This document shows, piece after piece, positions 27,748 through 41,180 of a DNA stretch of 64,000 nucleotides. Both the position numbers and the translations under genes were made by a program. The DNA is from Lytechinus pictus. Lineage: Eukaryota. The notes beneath the pieces were generated by a model. That model saw only the letters and a program-made list of their open reading frames with translations. It made no database searches and was not told where the DNA came from. Each line of letters begins with the position of its first letter. Positions within the stretch are counted from its first letter, which is position 1. The stretch lies in contig NC_087251.1 of assembly GCF_037042905.1 (NCBI RefSeq), positions 26,786,001-26,850,000 of the forward strand. The letters run 5' to 3'.

Positions 27748-28565
27748 CAGTGCGTCCCACAAAAAACGAAACCGAGATTTATCGATGATTTATCATAACT
27801 TAATCGCAAATACAATAGACAAATGACCTACCATTTTAAAGCTTAGAATCTCCTCTTTCATCTGAAATAACTTAGATTATTTCTCATTCACGCATGAGTG
27901 AGCAAAAACAATTTTAAAAGGGGATACCAAAAGTCACTTGGCGGGCCGTATCTGAGTTTTAAAAAGAAAACCACATTTTTTAAAAGTTCAATATCTGCTC
28001 TTTGATTTGATACCTCAATTACAGAAAATGGTCAAGAAATAACAAAGTTCTGGTTATTTGAAATAAGGCTTGAATTTCAATAATTTCATAAAATTAAGAG
28101 GTTTTACAGGCTAGCGTTCAAACTCACTCGACACTCCGTTTTGTTGACGATCAGCCATGCATTAAGTCTTTTGTTACCGTGCGATAGCTTCAGTGGGAAA
28201 CCGGTGAAAACACGTTTATTTAATGAAATTATGGAAATACAAGCATTGTTTCGAGGGATCATAACTTTTTTACTACTTGACCATTTTCTGTGATTTAGGT
28301 ATCAAAGAAAAGAGAAGATATTGAACTTTTTATTCATGTGATTTTCTTTTTGAAATTCAGATACCCCCCGCCAAATGAGTTTTTGGCATCCTTTCTTCGA
28401 ATTGTTTTTGCTCAATCATGCATGAATGAGGAATAATCTAAGTAATAACAGATGAAAGAGGAGATTCTAAGCTTTACATTGGTAGGTCATTTGTCTATTT
28501 TATTTATGATTAAGTTATGATAAATCATCGCTAAATCTCGGTTTCGTTTTTTCTGGGACGCACTG
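27748..28565. mobile_element. Tc1/mariner-like palindromic MITE (818 bp)
   Basis: TA|CAGTGCGTCCCACAAAAAACGAAACCGAGATTT ... AAATCTCGGTTTCGTTTTTTCTGGGACGCACTG|TA; inverted arms ~340 bp; TA TSD. Confidence 0.92.
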
Positions 28566-29049
28566 TATACATCTATCGCAGGAGCAATTACTCCAATTTA
28601 CTGCCTCTTTATTGCGGTAGTTAAAGGTAATTATAGTGTCACAGTGATCATTCTGCAGCTCTGCTTTAAAAGTTACGTAATATCGTCAAGAATTTACTAC
28701 GGTTTGTTTATGGCATGCTTCATCTCTTTTGATCGGGCCGAATTGTTTAGGGTGCACGTTCAGGTGTACAAGAGGTGATCTTCAAACGAGCCAAGTGTAG
28801 GTAAGAAATTAGCATAATTACACGTTCTTGCTGTAAAGTAACCACCAATCAACATCGAAAAAGGGAACCTCCCTCTCTTTCCTCCTCGTCACTGATGTTA
28901 TTACGCTGCGTAGTTATTTCCTATATGATAGAATCCCTCGAATAGGATGTAAAATGACGTATGATCCATGGAATTTTTTCTTCCAACCATTTAATATGTC
29001 AAATCCTAAGGTTTATGAATACACTTCTCGCATACCATCTCCTATCATG

Positions 29050-29310
29050 ATTTGATTTGATTTGATTTTATTTTATTTCAGCATTTTTCCAACAGAAATA
29101 ATTAACAAACATAATGTACAACATAAAGAAAAAAATAGTGATACATTTCTTTTTACAAAAAAAAATACAAATAATCATTCATTTGCAAAAATGTATATAG
29201 ATAGTATTATTTTGCAATATTATAAGTTGTACTTTGTTGAGTAGACAAAAAAAAAAAAATGCTGGAGACCGCTACCATAAGCAGTGCTTGACTAGGGTAG
29301 CGGCCTCAAT
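29050..29310 (-). mobile_element. 3' end of a LINE (L2/CR1-clade-like)
   Basis: Stem-loop GAGACCGCTACC..GGTAGCGGCCTC (29265-29307), T-rich UTR, AATAAA and (CAAAT)n tail on minus strand. Confidence 0.55.
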
Positions 29311-29575
29311 ATGATAAAATAGAGAGAGGTGAAATATCAAATGGGCTGTTTATATCATAACCTAGTTTTCTCTCCCGTTATACACACCCTGTGAGTGCAA
29401 GGTGTCTAGAAATTGAGAACTCAACTGGAAATTGAAAACAAAAACTTGGCATCACCTTTCGAAAGTTGCTGGTTCGATCACGTGACCTAGTTTGTGGTAT
29501 TATAACCTCAGTCACAATGTAGATGTTACACCCAAACCGATATTCGACCGACTAACTCATCGCATTATTAATGAT

Positions 29576-29763
29576 CAGTGGCCGCGGAACGGTTTTGAAA
29601 GTGGAGGGTGATAAGCCAAAAGTGGGGGGGGGGGGGGCTGATCATGCAAGAAAATCACAATCAGATGGTAATTTTTACGTATTTTGAAAAAGCTGAGGAG
29701 ACCCGGAGGGGGGGGGGGGGCTGAAGCCCACACAGCCCCCCTCCCCCGGTTATGAGGCCCCTG
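29576..29763. mobile_element. Short poly-G hAT-like MITE
   Basis: CAGTGGCCGCGGAAC ... GTTATGAGGCCCCTG ends with G/C tracts; TSD not clear. Confidence 0.55.
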
Positions 29764-30743
29764 GTTATTATTTTGTTAAAGTAATGTTTTATTTCTCTCC
29801 AAAATCAAAAGACATATATTATAGTACAATCAACAAAACATTTTAATTTTTCATATAAAAAGAATACATCATTGATAATTGTTTAAACATAATGAACATG
29901 CACCATATTTAACTGAAGGTCTGAGAGAAGTTTGATATGTCTTCAAAACACCCCCTCTCCCTGTCATCTAAAGCACCAGCACAAACAAAACACTATCGGA
30001 CACACATACACACCGCACACCACCCCAACACCTGCATAACCCCCCCACCCCACCCCCACACACACATCCTCGGAAGTACACAGCCCCCTGTACTATCATC
30101 GATCCATGATATCTGTGCCTGTCTCGTCACCTCTATAGGTGAAAATTTCCCATTTTCTGAGATGGTTCACTGAAGTCCCCCTCTCTTCTGCTAGTTTTTT
30201 TCTCCTCAAGTTCATTTTCTATATTTTTTGTTTTATTTCTTGAGTTGAGGGGGGTTTATTTTAGCAAATTTTATATTATAGCAAATTTAATGAAACAGAG
30301 CCCTATATACATTTTAATCGCGTCGGTGAAACCGGCGGTACCAAGGTTTAATTCGATTTAAACTCCAATTGTCCTGAAGACATCGAACTCCAAAAATAAC
30401 CTAGTAATTGATCTGGAGTAGCTACCATTAGTTTGTCCGAACCCTCTGCCTATCCTCTTTCACCTTCCATAATCGTCAAGATTTTCTCTCCCAGGCATCT
30501 TCTCTACCTCACATCGCATGACTATAATGGTTATATATTCCCTATATAGGCCCTTCTTGCGACCCACATGGTGTGACGCCATTTTAAGAATACATGAAGT
30601 TTGCTTCAGACAACTTTCATGCTAGCTGTATACATCCATTACTATAGTTAGTAATTGCTGTTGTTTTGGTCAGTGACGATGGTTGCGTTATGAATCAAAT
30701 AATAATGTAGTGTCATCAAATGTGGACTTCATTTAGGAGGGTA

Positions 30744-31033
30744 TAGTGGCGTATCTAGTCACAAAAAAGCGCAATGTGCAAGCAGTTAAAATATTTTGCA
30801 CCTTTCTGAAACCTGACGCCACTGTTCTAAAGATGAAATCGCACCCCATCTAACTTTGATGCTGGCAGATTCTTTGGTTATTCGTCAAATTAAACTTTCA
30901 TTATTCTCCCTTTTTTCTCCCTGTCTTTGCACTTTCCATCTTTCTGACTTGTTTATTATCTCCTTCTCCTTTCACGCCCTCTGATGAAAGTGACGCCAAG
31001 AGTTCGTCCAAACCCCTTCTCTGATACGCCATC
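30744..31033. mobile_element. Old hAT-like MITE remnant
   Basis: TAGTGGCGTATC ... GATACGCCA inverted ends. Confidence 0.35.
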
Positions 31034-33403
31034 TTTGAAAAGAGACAAATAGCAAAAATAGTTGCACTAGATGATGTAGACCATAGGGACTCACTGTCAG
31101 ATTTACTTTACATGTTTGATATTAAAATGTTGCAGGCGAGAACCTAACAGCTTTTTTATATACACCATTAGCCTCACATGTACGTGTTATCATTTGCATC
31201 GCAAATAAATAAATGATACTTTTCCAGATATGTTATGAATCAAATCAAATGGAAAATTTGATATGAGGTCTAGATTTTTATGACGTACAGTACTTGAACA
31301 GAGTGCTTTATTCGTCAGTGTTTATTGTTTATTTTTCCTATATCATGTTATATGTGTGTTCCATTACATGAGAGAAGTCAAATAACAGTTTTGTTGCACA
31401 CATCCTCTGCTTCAAAAGTCTTAATAAATGTCCAGCAATTAATCGCGAGATTCAAGGATACCGATGCTAGTTCCGAAAGAAAAAAGACAGAAATAGAGTG
31501 GGGGTGCCCGTTTGTCCCCCAAGACGCCATGTCCCCAACCCTCCTTCGCATCGCCTCACCTCACCCCTTCCATAACGAAACAACTTGGTATGCCCCCTTT
31601 TACAGAAATTAAGAAATCACTGCAGGTCTCCATGTTGACATCGAAACATGCTGCCCTACACGTTTTCACAGCACCATCACTGCTTCAGGGCTCTCGACAA
31701 TGAACTTGTAGTTTCGGTAATTCGATATCGCATTCTAACAGCACAGTGGCAGCAAGTTGAAAGTACTTCCAACGATTGTCACTTCGAATATAAGTCATAA
31801 TTTTTGTGACAAAATAGAAAGTTCGGGTGCCCCCTAAATATCTAGATTTGTATGTGTGTGTCCCCGTTATCAATGCAGTACAATATATTAGTTTCAGAAT
31901 GGGGATTGTTCTAAAACGAAGTGAAATAGCTTCAGAAACCAGTTCAAATGTCTGACACAGAAGCAACATACAGTTGTGAGAGAAAACAAACATATTCTAT
32001 TGAAATGTCGGGATGAAAATATGGAAATATTCTCAGTTTGCTCACAATAGGTAGAAACAATTTTTATGAAGTAAAAATATATCCTATGCATGTTAAGATC
32101 GATTTTCATCTACTAAAAATGTTTTTGTTGTTAGCCAGGCCGCGCACAAAGGTGTGACGCAAAGGTATTTTGGAGGGGGACAAGGTGAATTTCACTTTTT
32201 ATTTCAATAAAAAAGATGGGAGTATTATATAATTTAACTGTAGTATTTTTTTTCAACTTCTCTCTCCGTTTGTAATCACTTGAAAAAAAAAACACAGGGG
32301 CAGTCACCCCTTGCCCCTGCGCCACCACCCTTGGCTGTACCCCTCCCCTCTTTATTACGACAAAACCACCAGCATTATGACCACGCCCATCTGTCATTTC
32401 CAAACATGCTCTCATTACTTTGAAATACTCATATCCCGAAAATCACTACCTGGGGATTTCAATTTAACTTTACACTTATCGAGTCCGGTTGAGTTTGTAT
32501 AACGCAGAATTAGTCTCGCTGTGGCATAATAACTACATTAAATTTATCGCACGGGTCTCTCATTTACCTCAATTGATTGAATCATTTCATTTAACCAAGC
32601 GAACTTGGATTCTCCGTGGCCAATGAATACGAGGTTGAAAGCGTTGGTAATAAAAAAAAATCAAAAAAAAGGAAAATCCACAAATATTGTGTTGATTTAA
32701 AAGTAAAGGGGAATTTCGCGAATCAGTGATAAGCGCAACATTAATGTTGTAAGCAAAGGAATTAGCAGCACGGTAACAGAGCCCACATTTTCTTTTGATT
32801 ACTGGCTTTTTATCTTCCTATAGACGTGTGTAATATCCTCTCCCTCGTATCAAATTCAAAACCAGATGATCGTGGACATCCATGATCCATAATCTTTTTT
32901 TTCTTAGCAAAATTCCGTAATAGTTGCATTCTACATTATAAAATAAATATGAAACAATCAAACAAATCTAAACAATCTATCCAGGGCCTATAATTATAAC
33001 AATTTCGTGAGAAAAATGAGGGATAAAAGTGTGTCATGGGGTAAATAATTTTCAGTCGTAATTTTACGACTGACCGATGAATTATATTTTTTCATGTATT
33101 TCCACTTTTCTTTCCTGTATTTTTTTCTTCAACTTGAAAACAATTATTTTTGTTCAAATTACGTCTTGAAGTCGGCTGAATAATAACGACAATGAAAATT
33201 GTTGTCAGACGCACCCGGCAGACGCATTATTCTACCGTTCGAAGAATAAATATAAACGTCAGACGATAATCACAATATTAAAATCTGCGTCCATTCCATA
33301 TAAAATAATACACAAAGTAATGCATGATGATTTGGGAGGAAAATTTGCAGTTTGGCATTACAGAGTTCGGCGCGATCAGAAATCCGATCTACGTTCCTTT
33401 TAA

Positions 33404-33423
33404 CATGGACCTATAGGTCCATG
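33404..33423. mobile_element. 20-bp P-element-like micro-element/excision footprint
   Basis: Perfect palindrome CATGGACCTATAGGTCCATG flanked by exact 7-bp TSD CTTTTAA (33397-33403, 33424-33430); same termini as 15786-15818. Confidence 0.78.
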
Positions 33424-36288
33424 CTTTTAATGACCGTCGTATGGATTCTATTATTCGATCACAAGTTGAGAATATAAATCCTCTCTCCATCATATTTTAT
33501 GTGAACGAAAATCTTGAGAACGGGCCAGCTCCGATAAATCATAAGTCACATTATACGATACGTTGAGTGATATTCGGGGTTATAGACCAGATATGATTTT
33601 AAAGGGGACTCCTACCAAAACTGAAAAGTATTTAAAGAAAGAAAGACAAATCAATGAAGCATATGAATTGTGGGTGAAAACAAAATTCGAAAACCAATAA
33701 GAATGTTATGAAATTTGTAATGTTGCTGTAAGTTGTAATAGCTAAACCTATTGGCATGATGGAGAATTGATATTGACAGCATATTAATTTCCTAATGATG
33801 TAGGCATTAACGGTAAAGATAACTTACTCTCCTATAAGGTATTTGATAAACAAAACGCAAAACGACTAAAATTCATGTGTTTAACGTTTTACTAAAAAAT
33901 CGTTATGTTTTTAATGATGACCTATATTTACATGCTCTGCTACAATTTGACTAGGATCCTGTATAAGGCATTATGCTCATGCAGGAGAAAATCATGAATT
34001 CTGATAATTAGGCGTATAATTTTCCTATATGAAAAAGTATAACGGTTAGCCCTATCTCACTTTTATTAATCAAGTTGCCAATTTAAGTTTTAGTCTTAAG
34101 TGATCTCATTTTCAAACATTAATTTTGTTTATTTCTTTTCAATCTTCTAAAGTTCTGGACTGTTTTAGGTATGGATTTAAATTATTAGCCCTGTTACATT
34201 CTCTTTATAATCAAGCAATACATATAGGGCCTACGCGCATTGTATTTCATAAAGATTTTTTTTTCAGAAACAGATATCTCTAACAGTTTTCATATTGAGG
34301 AATGGATCCCCTTCTCTCCAAATTCTATTTTACCTCAATATGCAAATCATGTATATAAAATCATAAATTAGAAATCAGCCACATGGTGTAATATTTTGTA
34401 AGGGAAATAATTATGTTTAAGGATAATGCGATGAAAGGATGTTTTACTTTGAAAATACAGCTTCGAATCTATTGAAGAAAAAGCTGCATATCAAACTCAA
34501 CTTCAAAGTTCAATGGCACTTTAAACCCGACTCTTTCTACAACGGGTCACAGCGCAGATAAGGGCTATACATCTTTAATCGGGTGGATCTTTGTGCCTAT
34601 ATTTATACTACAAGAAGGCCTGTTTTGATCCATTAAAATTACTTTCTTCTCTATAGGGCGCGGTCGAGATGACTTTTATTTGTCAGTAGACTGTGGTCAT
34701 CAATCTTAATGTCAAAATATGATAATAGACTCCTCTTTTAAAAAATGTATTCTTTACATGAATAAATTGATGACTACAGCAGGTTTATTTTGATAGGTAC
34801 CGTGCTCTGGTTTATTGTTGTTTAAACATTAATTTAAGAGAAAATTATGAAATGCAGGTAATATTCATATGATTTGATGGTGATATTAGAGTGAGAAGGG
34901 GGCAGACAGAGAGAGAGAGAGAGGGGGAGAGGCATGCAGAGAGGGGAGAGAGAGGGTGTGAAGGGGGGGGGGAGATGGAAGGAGTGAAGAGGGAGGGAGG
35001 GGTGGGAAGATTATTTGTGGAAATGTAGGGGAATATAGGGGAAATACACGAAATTGAAATAAAAAATATGTAGGTTTGACTTATCAATTTTCTTTCATAT
35101 TGAATATTAAAAAGAAAATGAAATTGGGCAAATGACTAGCAAAACATCCTTCTCTTCGGGAAGAAAGAAGTAACATGAAAACTGAGTGACCATGGAATAT
35201 TTGAAATTTATCTATTCCCAAAAGAATCGAGGCAAAGTTATAATCTGTTTTCATATAAATCATGTTGATACATTTTTGGGGCGCTGCGATTCGTAAACTG
35301 TTGATAAGAGTAACGAAACATCCTTGGGACGAAACATCAACAAATTTAAAAATTGTGGTGAGAGAACGGTCCAGGAATTTGAAAAAAAAAGCTTTTAAGT
35401 ATATCTTTATGATTTTAGGATCAAAGGTAAACAAACAGGATGGGTGAATGACGGGTAAGGATGTGGAAGCTAAGAGGGGGAGGGGGTAAAATAGGGTGAT
35501 GATGAAATATTGAAATTGAAATGCCTTGGTTGACGGCCATGCATTTATGACAGAACGGAAGAGAAAATGAAAGTGAAAACAAAAAGCGGGGGGACAGAAA
35601 AGAGGGGGTGGGTGATGAAAATACTCTCAGGAATCCCTGGGTGTATATAATAGAAAAGGGACTCAAGGATGAATCGTTTCCGAGTGCCCTAATCGGATCA
35701 GAAAATCAATGAACTCTCGATGCCTTACATAATATCCAATTCATAATCAAAAGAAATGAAAAAAGAAGGGTAAGAAGAAGGCGAAATAAGAGAGATGATT
35801 GAGAGTAGATACACGGATGACTGGAACTAAAAAGGCTGCGAAGGAGATAATGACCAGTTTAGATGCATATGCCTGAACAGGGCAGGCCAAACTCACAACA
35901 TAGTTTGCATACCACGGCGAGGCCATGCTAAGGTATCTGCCATACATGTAGATTCCATTGGAGAGCTAGGTCCCACACGTGTGTAATCTACATGGATGTG
36001 CCACGCCCACCTTTTACTCTTTACTGTGTGGTTCTGCGTTGTCTTATACACGGCGTTGTACTATGATTTGTTTATGTGAAGTTTGATCTTTATTATGTTT
36101 GAATATGAAGGGTATTGAATGACCCCCGTTAGTTGGCATAAAGAAAAGGTTAATCAATAATGATTAACATCAGTAATCTGATGTCGCATCTAATCTATTA
36201 GGCCTAACTTCACAAATTTAGGCCAAAAAACAAGCGAATTCAATGTTGCGATTATTATGAAATGATTATAGTTGTTGTTTTATATTAA

Positions 36289-37044
36289 AGCACATTTTCA
36301 CCCCAACAAAAAGTTGATTTAGATATAAAAAAGGAAAAACCAGCAAACATAACACTGAAAATTTCATCAAAATCGGATGTGAAATAAGAAAGTTATGACA
36401 TTTTTAAATTTCGCTTAATTTCACACAACAGTTAGCCTATATCATGTATATGCACATCTAGGGGAGTGTTTCATGAAATGAGTTGTCAAACGTTTTATCC
36501 GACAGTCACCATAGTAACAGTGACTCTCAGCCAATCAAAATCCAGAAAAGTTGTCAGATCTGACAACTTGTCGGACAAAAATGTTAATGAGACGCTCCCC
36601 TGGTCGGTAAATGAGGAGACTGATGACGTCACCCATTCACTATTTCTTTTGTATTCTATTATATGAAATATGATAATTCTGATTTTCTCCTCCTTATCAT
36701 GTAAAATCGAGTTTTATTCCTCCCTGAACATGTGGAATTAACATTGTTTAACATTTTGTGCTTCAGTCAAGTATTACATTATTGTCGATTCTGTAAAAAT
36801 TGAAATATTGTATTATTCAAACAACAAAAAAATATTTAAAAAAATATTAAGTAATGGACATTAGTTATCAATGGACATTTGCATATCATTGAGTTGTGCA
36901 TATATTTGTTTTGAGAAATAAAAATAAGTGAAACTTTAAAATGTCATAACTTTCCTATTTTACATCCAATTTTGGTGAAATTTTCAGTGTTATGCTTTTT
37001 CTCTATTGATTCAAATCACCATTTTTGGGGGGTTGCCTTGACCT
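36289..37044. mobile_element. Diverged Kolobok-like MITE with nested insertion
   Basis: Colinear, in opposite orientation, with 17310-17903; TTAA at left end, CTTGACCT at right. Confidence 0.8.
36461..36600. mobile_element. 140-bp MITE (Harbinger-like) nested in the Kolobok-like copy
   Basis: TIR GGGGAGTGTTTCAT / ATGAGACGCTCCCC interrupts host consensus GCACATCCTGGTCGG at a CWG site. Confidence 0.7.
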
Positions 37045-38443
37045 TAAAAGATCATTCAACTATTGATTTAATTCTGATAAGACAAACTTCATATTCATTT
37101 TCTCAGTCTTCTATAGAATTTTCGAGAAGATATTTACCCGATCTGAGGTGCTATAGTGAAAGTAGTAGATTTGAGAAGTATACAGGTTTCATTCGCTTCT
37201 GTCATCTTTTCGAGAACAACAACATCGTTGTATTCTAAAGCAAATTAAAACTAAGTTGAAGATATATACCTGCTATTTTATAATTTCAGAAAGTTTTTCT
37301 TCTGAAGAAGGTCTCAAACACCAATTAAATTACAACTCATTTTGGTGATTTTCGGGGTCGAATAAAGGACCAGATCCATGAATAGACAGTCCACACAAAA
37401 ATACAAAAACACAAAAAGGCAAATAAAGAAATTGGCAAATCTCCAACCCTATCTATTGCGTAATTCCTCATTCAGTTGTAAAGATCGGTGTATTTAATTC
37501 CATCGTTCCCGGTATTTGAGAAGCTTAATGAATTTTTACCAGGTATTGGCCTCAGCATTTTGCAATAGAGAACTATATGGGTTTATCGTGGGGCTAGAAC
37601 ATGAAGATTCACCAGTAATAAAACCTTATACCCTATACCCTAAATATCACATTATAGAAAATACTATAAGGACATTTAAACAGCAAGAAAAGATGAAACC
37701 CATCTATACTTCCCCCTAACAGCCCCGATTTCCATATTTTTTTTTTGGGTCTGGTTTTACCATCTTTCTATTCTCAAGCAGTAGCGACAAACTGAACATT
37801 AGTATAACTTACTCAAAAGGTTATTTCGTTCAGTCTTTTATTTTTCATTAGATTTATAGCAGAGAAATGAAGAAATGGGCGCATTTTTTCCCATTTTTTG
37901 CGTGATATATATTAACGGTTGATTCATTAATTTTGTCATGTCACAATTTGAAAATGCATCGTGCAAGAATAAAGAAATTGGTAAACAAATACAATAAATC
38001 AAAAGAAGGTATAAGTGATCGGATGACGTGGTTCCATTAATCCATCCAATAGTGGTAAAAGCTATTAACAGAAAAATTATTCAAAATAGATTAATGATGC
38101 ATTCATAAAAAATGAGCATGTGTTCATTTTTATTTCCATATCCCCTCTCAATTTCCTACTCATGAAGTAAGAAATCTATTCAAACACTAATAAAATTTTC
38201 TGTTTTGTGCTAATATTTCACGCGAAGCAACACCCTACAATGGTCCAATCTTGTTCATAGCAATGAAAATTATTTTTGCATGGAGGCATGTAGGTATTTC
38301 ACCCCGCCCCCCCCCCCCACAAAAAAGGGGGATGCAGTCCACTCCACGTTTCGATTATGAATTCTTGAAGGAACATTATTAATGAATCCAAAGAATATAT
38401 GGATTAGGTCAAAACGAATCATGAAAATTGTGGTCAACTTGGA

Positions 38444-38860
38444 GGTAAATTGCCAATTCGTCCACTGCCAACTCATCCACTCTCCACAAGGTCTACCTTC
38501 ATTTAGTCTAGTGCCATTCCGTCCATCAACATTTCGTCTAACAACCATTTGGTCCAATAGCCATTTGGTCCAATCATCACTTCGTCTAATCACCATTTCG
38601 TCTATTACCATTTCGTCTAACAACCAGTTGGTCTAATACCCATCTTCTTTTCATTCATTTTGCAAAATTAACACTTTAGTTCAATAAGACTAAATGGTAT
38701 ATGGACTCAATGGCTATTGGACCAACTGGTTATTACACGGAATGGCATTAGACTAAATGAAAGTAGACCATGTGGTGAGTAGATGAACAGATGATAGACA
38801 AAATGGTAGTAGACGAGTTGGCAATTGGACGAATTGGCATTAGACGAATTGGAAATAAAC
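38444..38860. mobile_element. Foldback-type element built of ~15-bp tandem subrepeats
   Basis: ACCATTTCGTCTAAT-like units on the left, inverted TTAGACGAATTGG units on the right; direct repeat AACTTGGA at 38436-38443 and 38858-38865. Confidence 0.75.
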
Positions 38861-39451
38861 TTGGATACTGCTTTGAAGATAAAATAGTGGTGATGTGGTG
38901 TTCATACTAAGAGGTGTATTCTGTTTTACTTGGCGTGTGTATATCTGTTGGGCCCTCCTACTGTAAATGGAGTACTAATTATTAGGCAATAAATCTAATA
39001 GTTTAATTTTGTGGTGATTCTCATTGTTACCCTAGCATCCGTGGAGTGGGCGAAAGAAATACCAAAGTATTCTCAGAATCCGACTCCCACATTTTAAAAC
39101 AAATTTGTGGTAGACATTCTCGATCACCGCCAAGAGGGGGCGTTTTACCACCAAAAATGTTATGAGGGAGCGACTCGACCCTCACAAATTGACCGTATCA
39201 TTATGTGCAAATAGTTATTTTACAATTAGAGTACAGAGATGTTGCCTGTTCATCTGTAGCTTGTTTGACTGACTTTATAGTGGTTGGGAGGGTTTTAAAG
39301 TCCACAAGTTTTTATTGCTTTCTTTTTCCAACAGAGGGATAGGCCTATACAAAAGAATTTTAGAGCGCATAGAATTTGGAAATATTTCAATATAATGCAC
39401 ATTGGAAAACTTGTTTCTTATTTAGTGTATATGCCTATATATCTCTCAAAT

Positions 39452-39675
39452 ATTATAATAACAATAGCCAATTTTTATATAGCGCTTTTCCCAGAATGGC
39501 TCAGCATATTATCAGCATATACAGCATATTATTACCCCGGTTATTGGATTCATTTCAATCCCGCACGAAAATTGCACAATTTCCACTCCCTAGTGAGCAT
39601 TCCTTGCATTCATCGCAGCCTCATTATGGCGCTGGCAAAATCAAACATACAATATCTTTCGCATCCTATCGGGTT
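39452..39675 (-). mobile_element. 5'-truncated SINE (family of 6871-7213)
   Basis: Reverse complement matches 3' half and tail of the 6871 copy. Confidence 0.9.
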
Positions 39676-40179
39676 AGGAAGGTATTATGGTTAATGTAAA
39701 CCCAAACAAACAATAGAGAACTATTGACGATACAAAATAAATTATCAAATGAATAATCTTCACTTGAATTCATTATTAAAAGCATATATCAGTATCAATA
39801 TTAATTGCATATATTTTGAATGAAAGCTTTTCAAATCAAAACCCAGACATGTGGGAAATTATCTAAACAGAAAAACTAATGAAACAAATCTCAAACTACG
39901 TAAAATCAAAACATGACAAAGGTCCCATCCTATTTAATATTTTGTGGTTGATTAGCTGGCCAAAGCCATTACACCTTTTGTTATCATAACATAATCATAC
40001 GACCTTGGCTGTGGTGTGATCTCTCTATGAGTTGGTTTGTGCTCTGTGCGGGCGGCACTGTGTGAAAGCATGGCCTGTTCATAACCGTCAAAATAAATGT
40101 ATGCATTTGAAATCGACTTCTATGACAGCGCATGACGATTTACAGACATGCTTATCCACGTCGTGCTGTACATTGGCAG

Positions 40180-40453
40180 CACTGGCGGATCCAGGGAGGG
40201 GAGGGGGCACTGAGCCGGCCCGTGCCCCCCCCCCTTTGAGAGGCACAATTAAAATTAGTAATGTAAAAATGCCGGTAAAACAGAAGTGTGCCCCCATCTC
40301 CTTTTGAAAGTGAAGGCCTTTTTTTTTGCTCGTCAAATTTTTTCGTTTGTCAAAATACCCATGATTTTTGGTTAAAACCCTTTTTTTCTGCTTGTCATTT
40401 TTTGTTCTCGGGAAAATGTGCCCCACTTTCGAAAAATCCTGAATCTGCCCCTG
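40180..40453. mobile_element. hAT-like MITE, 8-bp TSD
   Basis: CACTGGCGGATCCAGG ... CCTGAATCTGCCCCTG; TSD ATTGGCAG / ATTGACAG. Confidence 0.8.
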
Positions 40454-40924
40454 ATTGACAGATTATTATCATTTTAATTTTTAATAAAATCATTATCTGT
40501 CCAGTCCTGCACGTTTCTACATGCATTTCATCATGATGTAATGTTACGTTTGGTAATGAAAATAACATATATTACATGGAATACAAGTAAGAGATTAATT
40601 TCCTTTTGTGCCAGCAATATTATGTTTCATTTTTTTAATTTATCATGTTTTCATCCTCAAATCACATCGGTAATATCAAGGTAAAAGTATAATTTTCTTC
40701 GGCAGATTTTAAAGGAGATTGATGTGAAAAATTTGGAACAGGGTATAGCTTTCAAAAGATATAGGCCTATTACGGCCAGTTTAAGGTCTTATTATGATTA
40801 AATCTGACACTGTACTTTAGATTTGACATACACTAATTTAGGATCTATATACTCTGACCATATCTAATCAGTTTGATATACCATTTCTCAAAACAACAAC
40901 TTTCATTCTACTTGCGTCCTTTTG

Positions 40925-41180
40925 CACATGTTGCAAGGCGTTTATTTTAATACTGTTGCCACTCTCCATCCAGGTGTAGTAATGGTTACCCAGTATAGGA
41001 AGAAATTCATCGAAAGCTTGAGTGCCTAGGCAGCCCAGCTAAAACCGGGGTAATAATGACATTATCATGTTATACATGGCCCACAGATACAATAGTTTTC
41101 GGTACTGAAGGGGCTACCTGGAATATGACGTTATTATCATCATTATTATTGTTATTATTATTATCATTATTATTATTTTA
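40925..41180 (+). mobile_element. Older CORE-like SINE fragment
   Basis: TTGCCACTCTCCATCCAGGTG core, ACCGGGGTAATAAT motif, (TAT)n tail. Confidence 0.6.
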
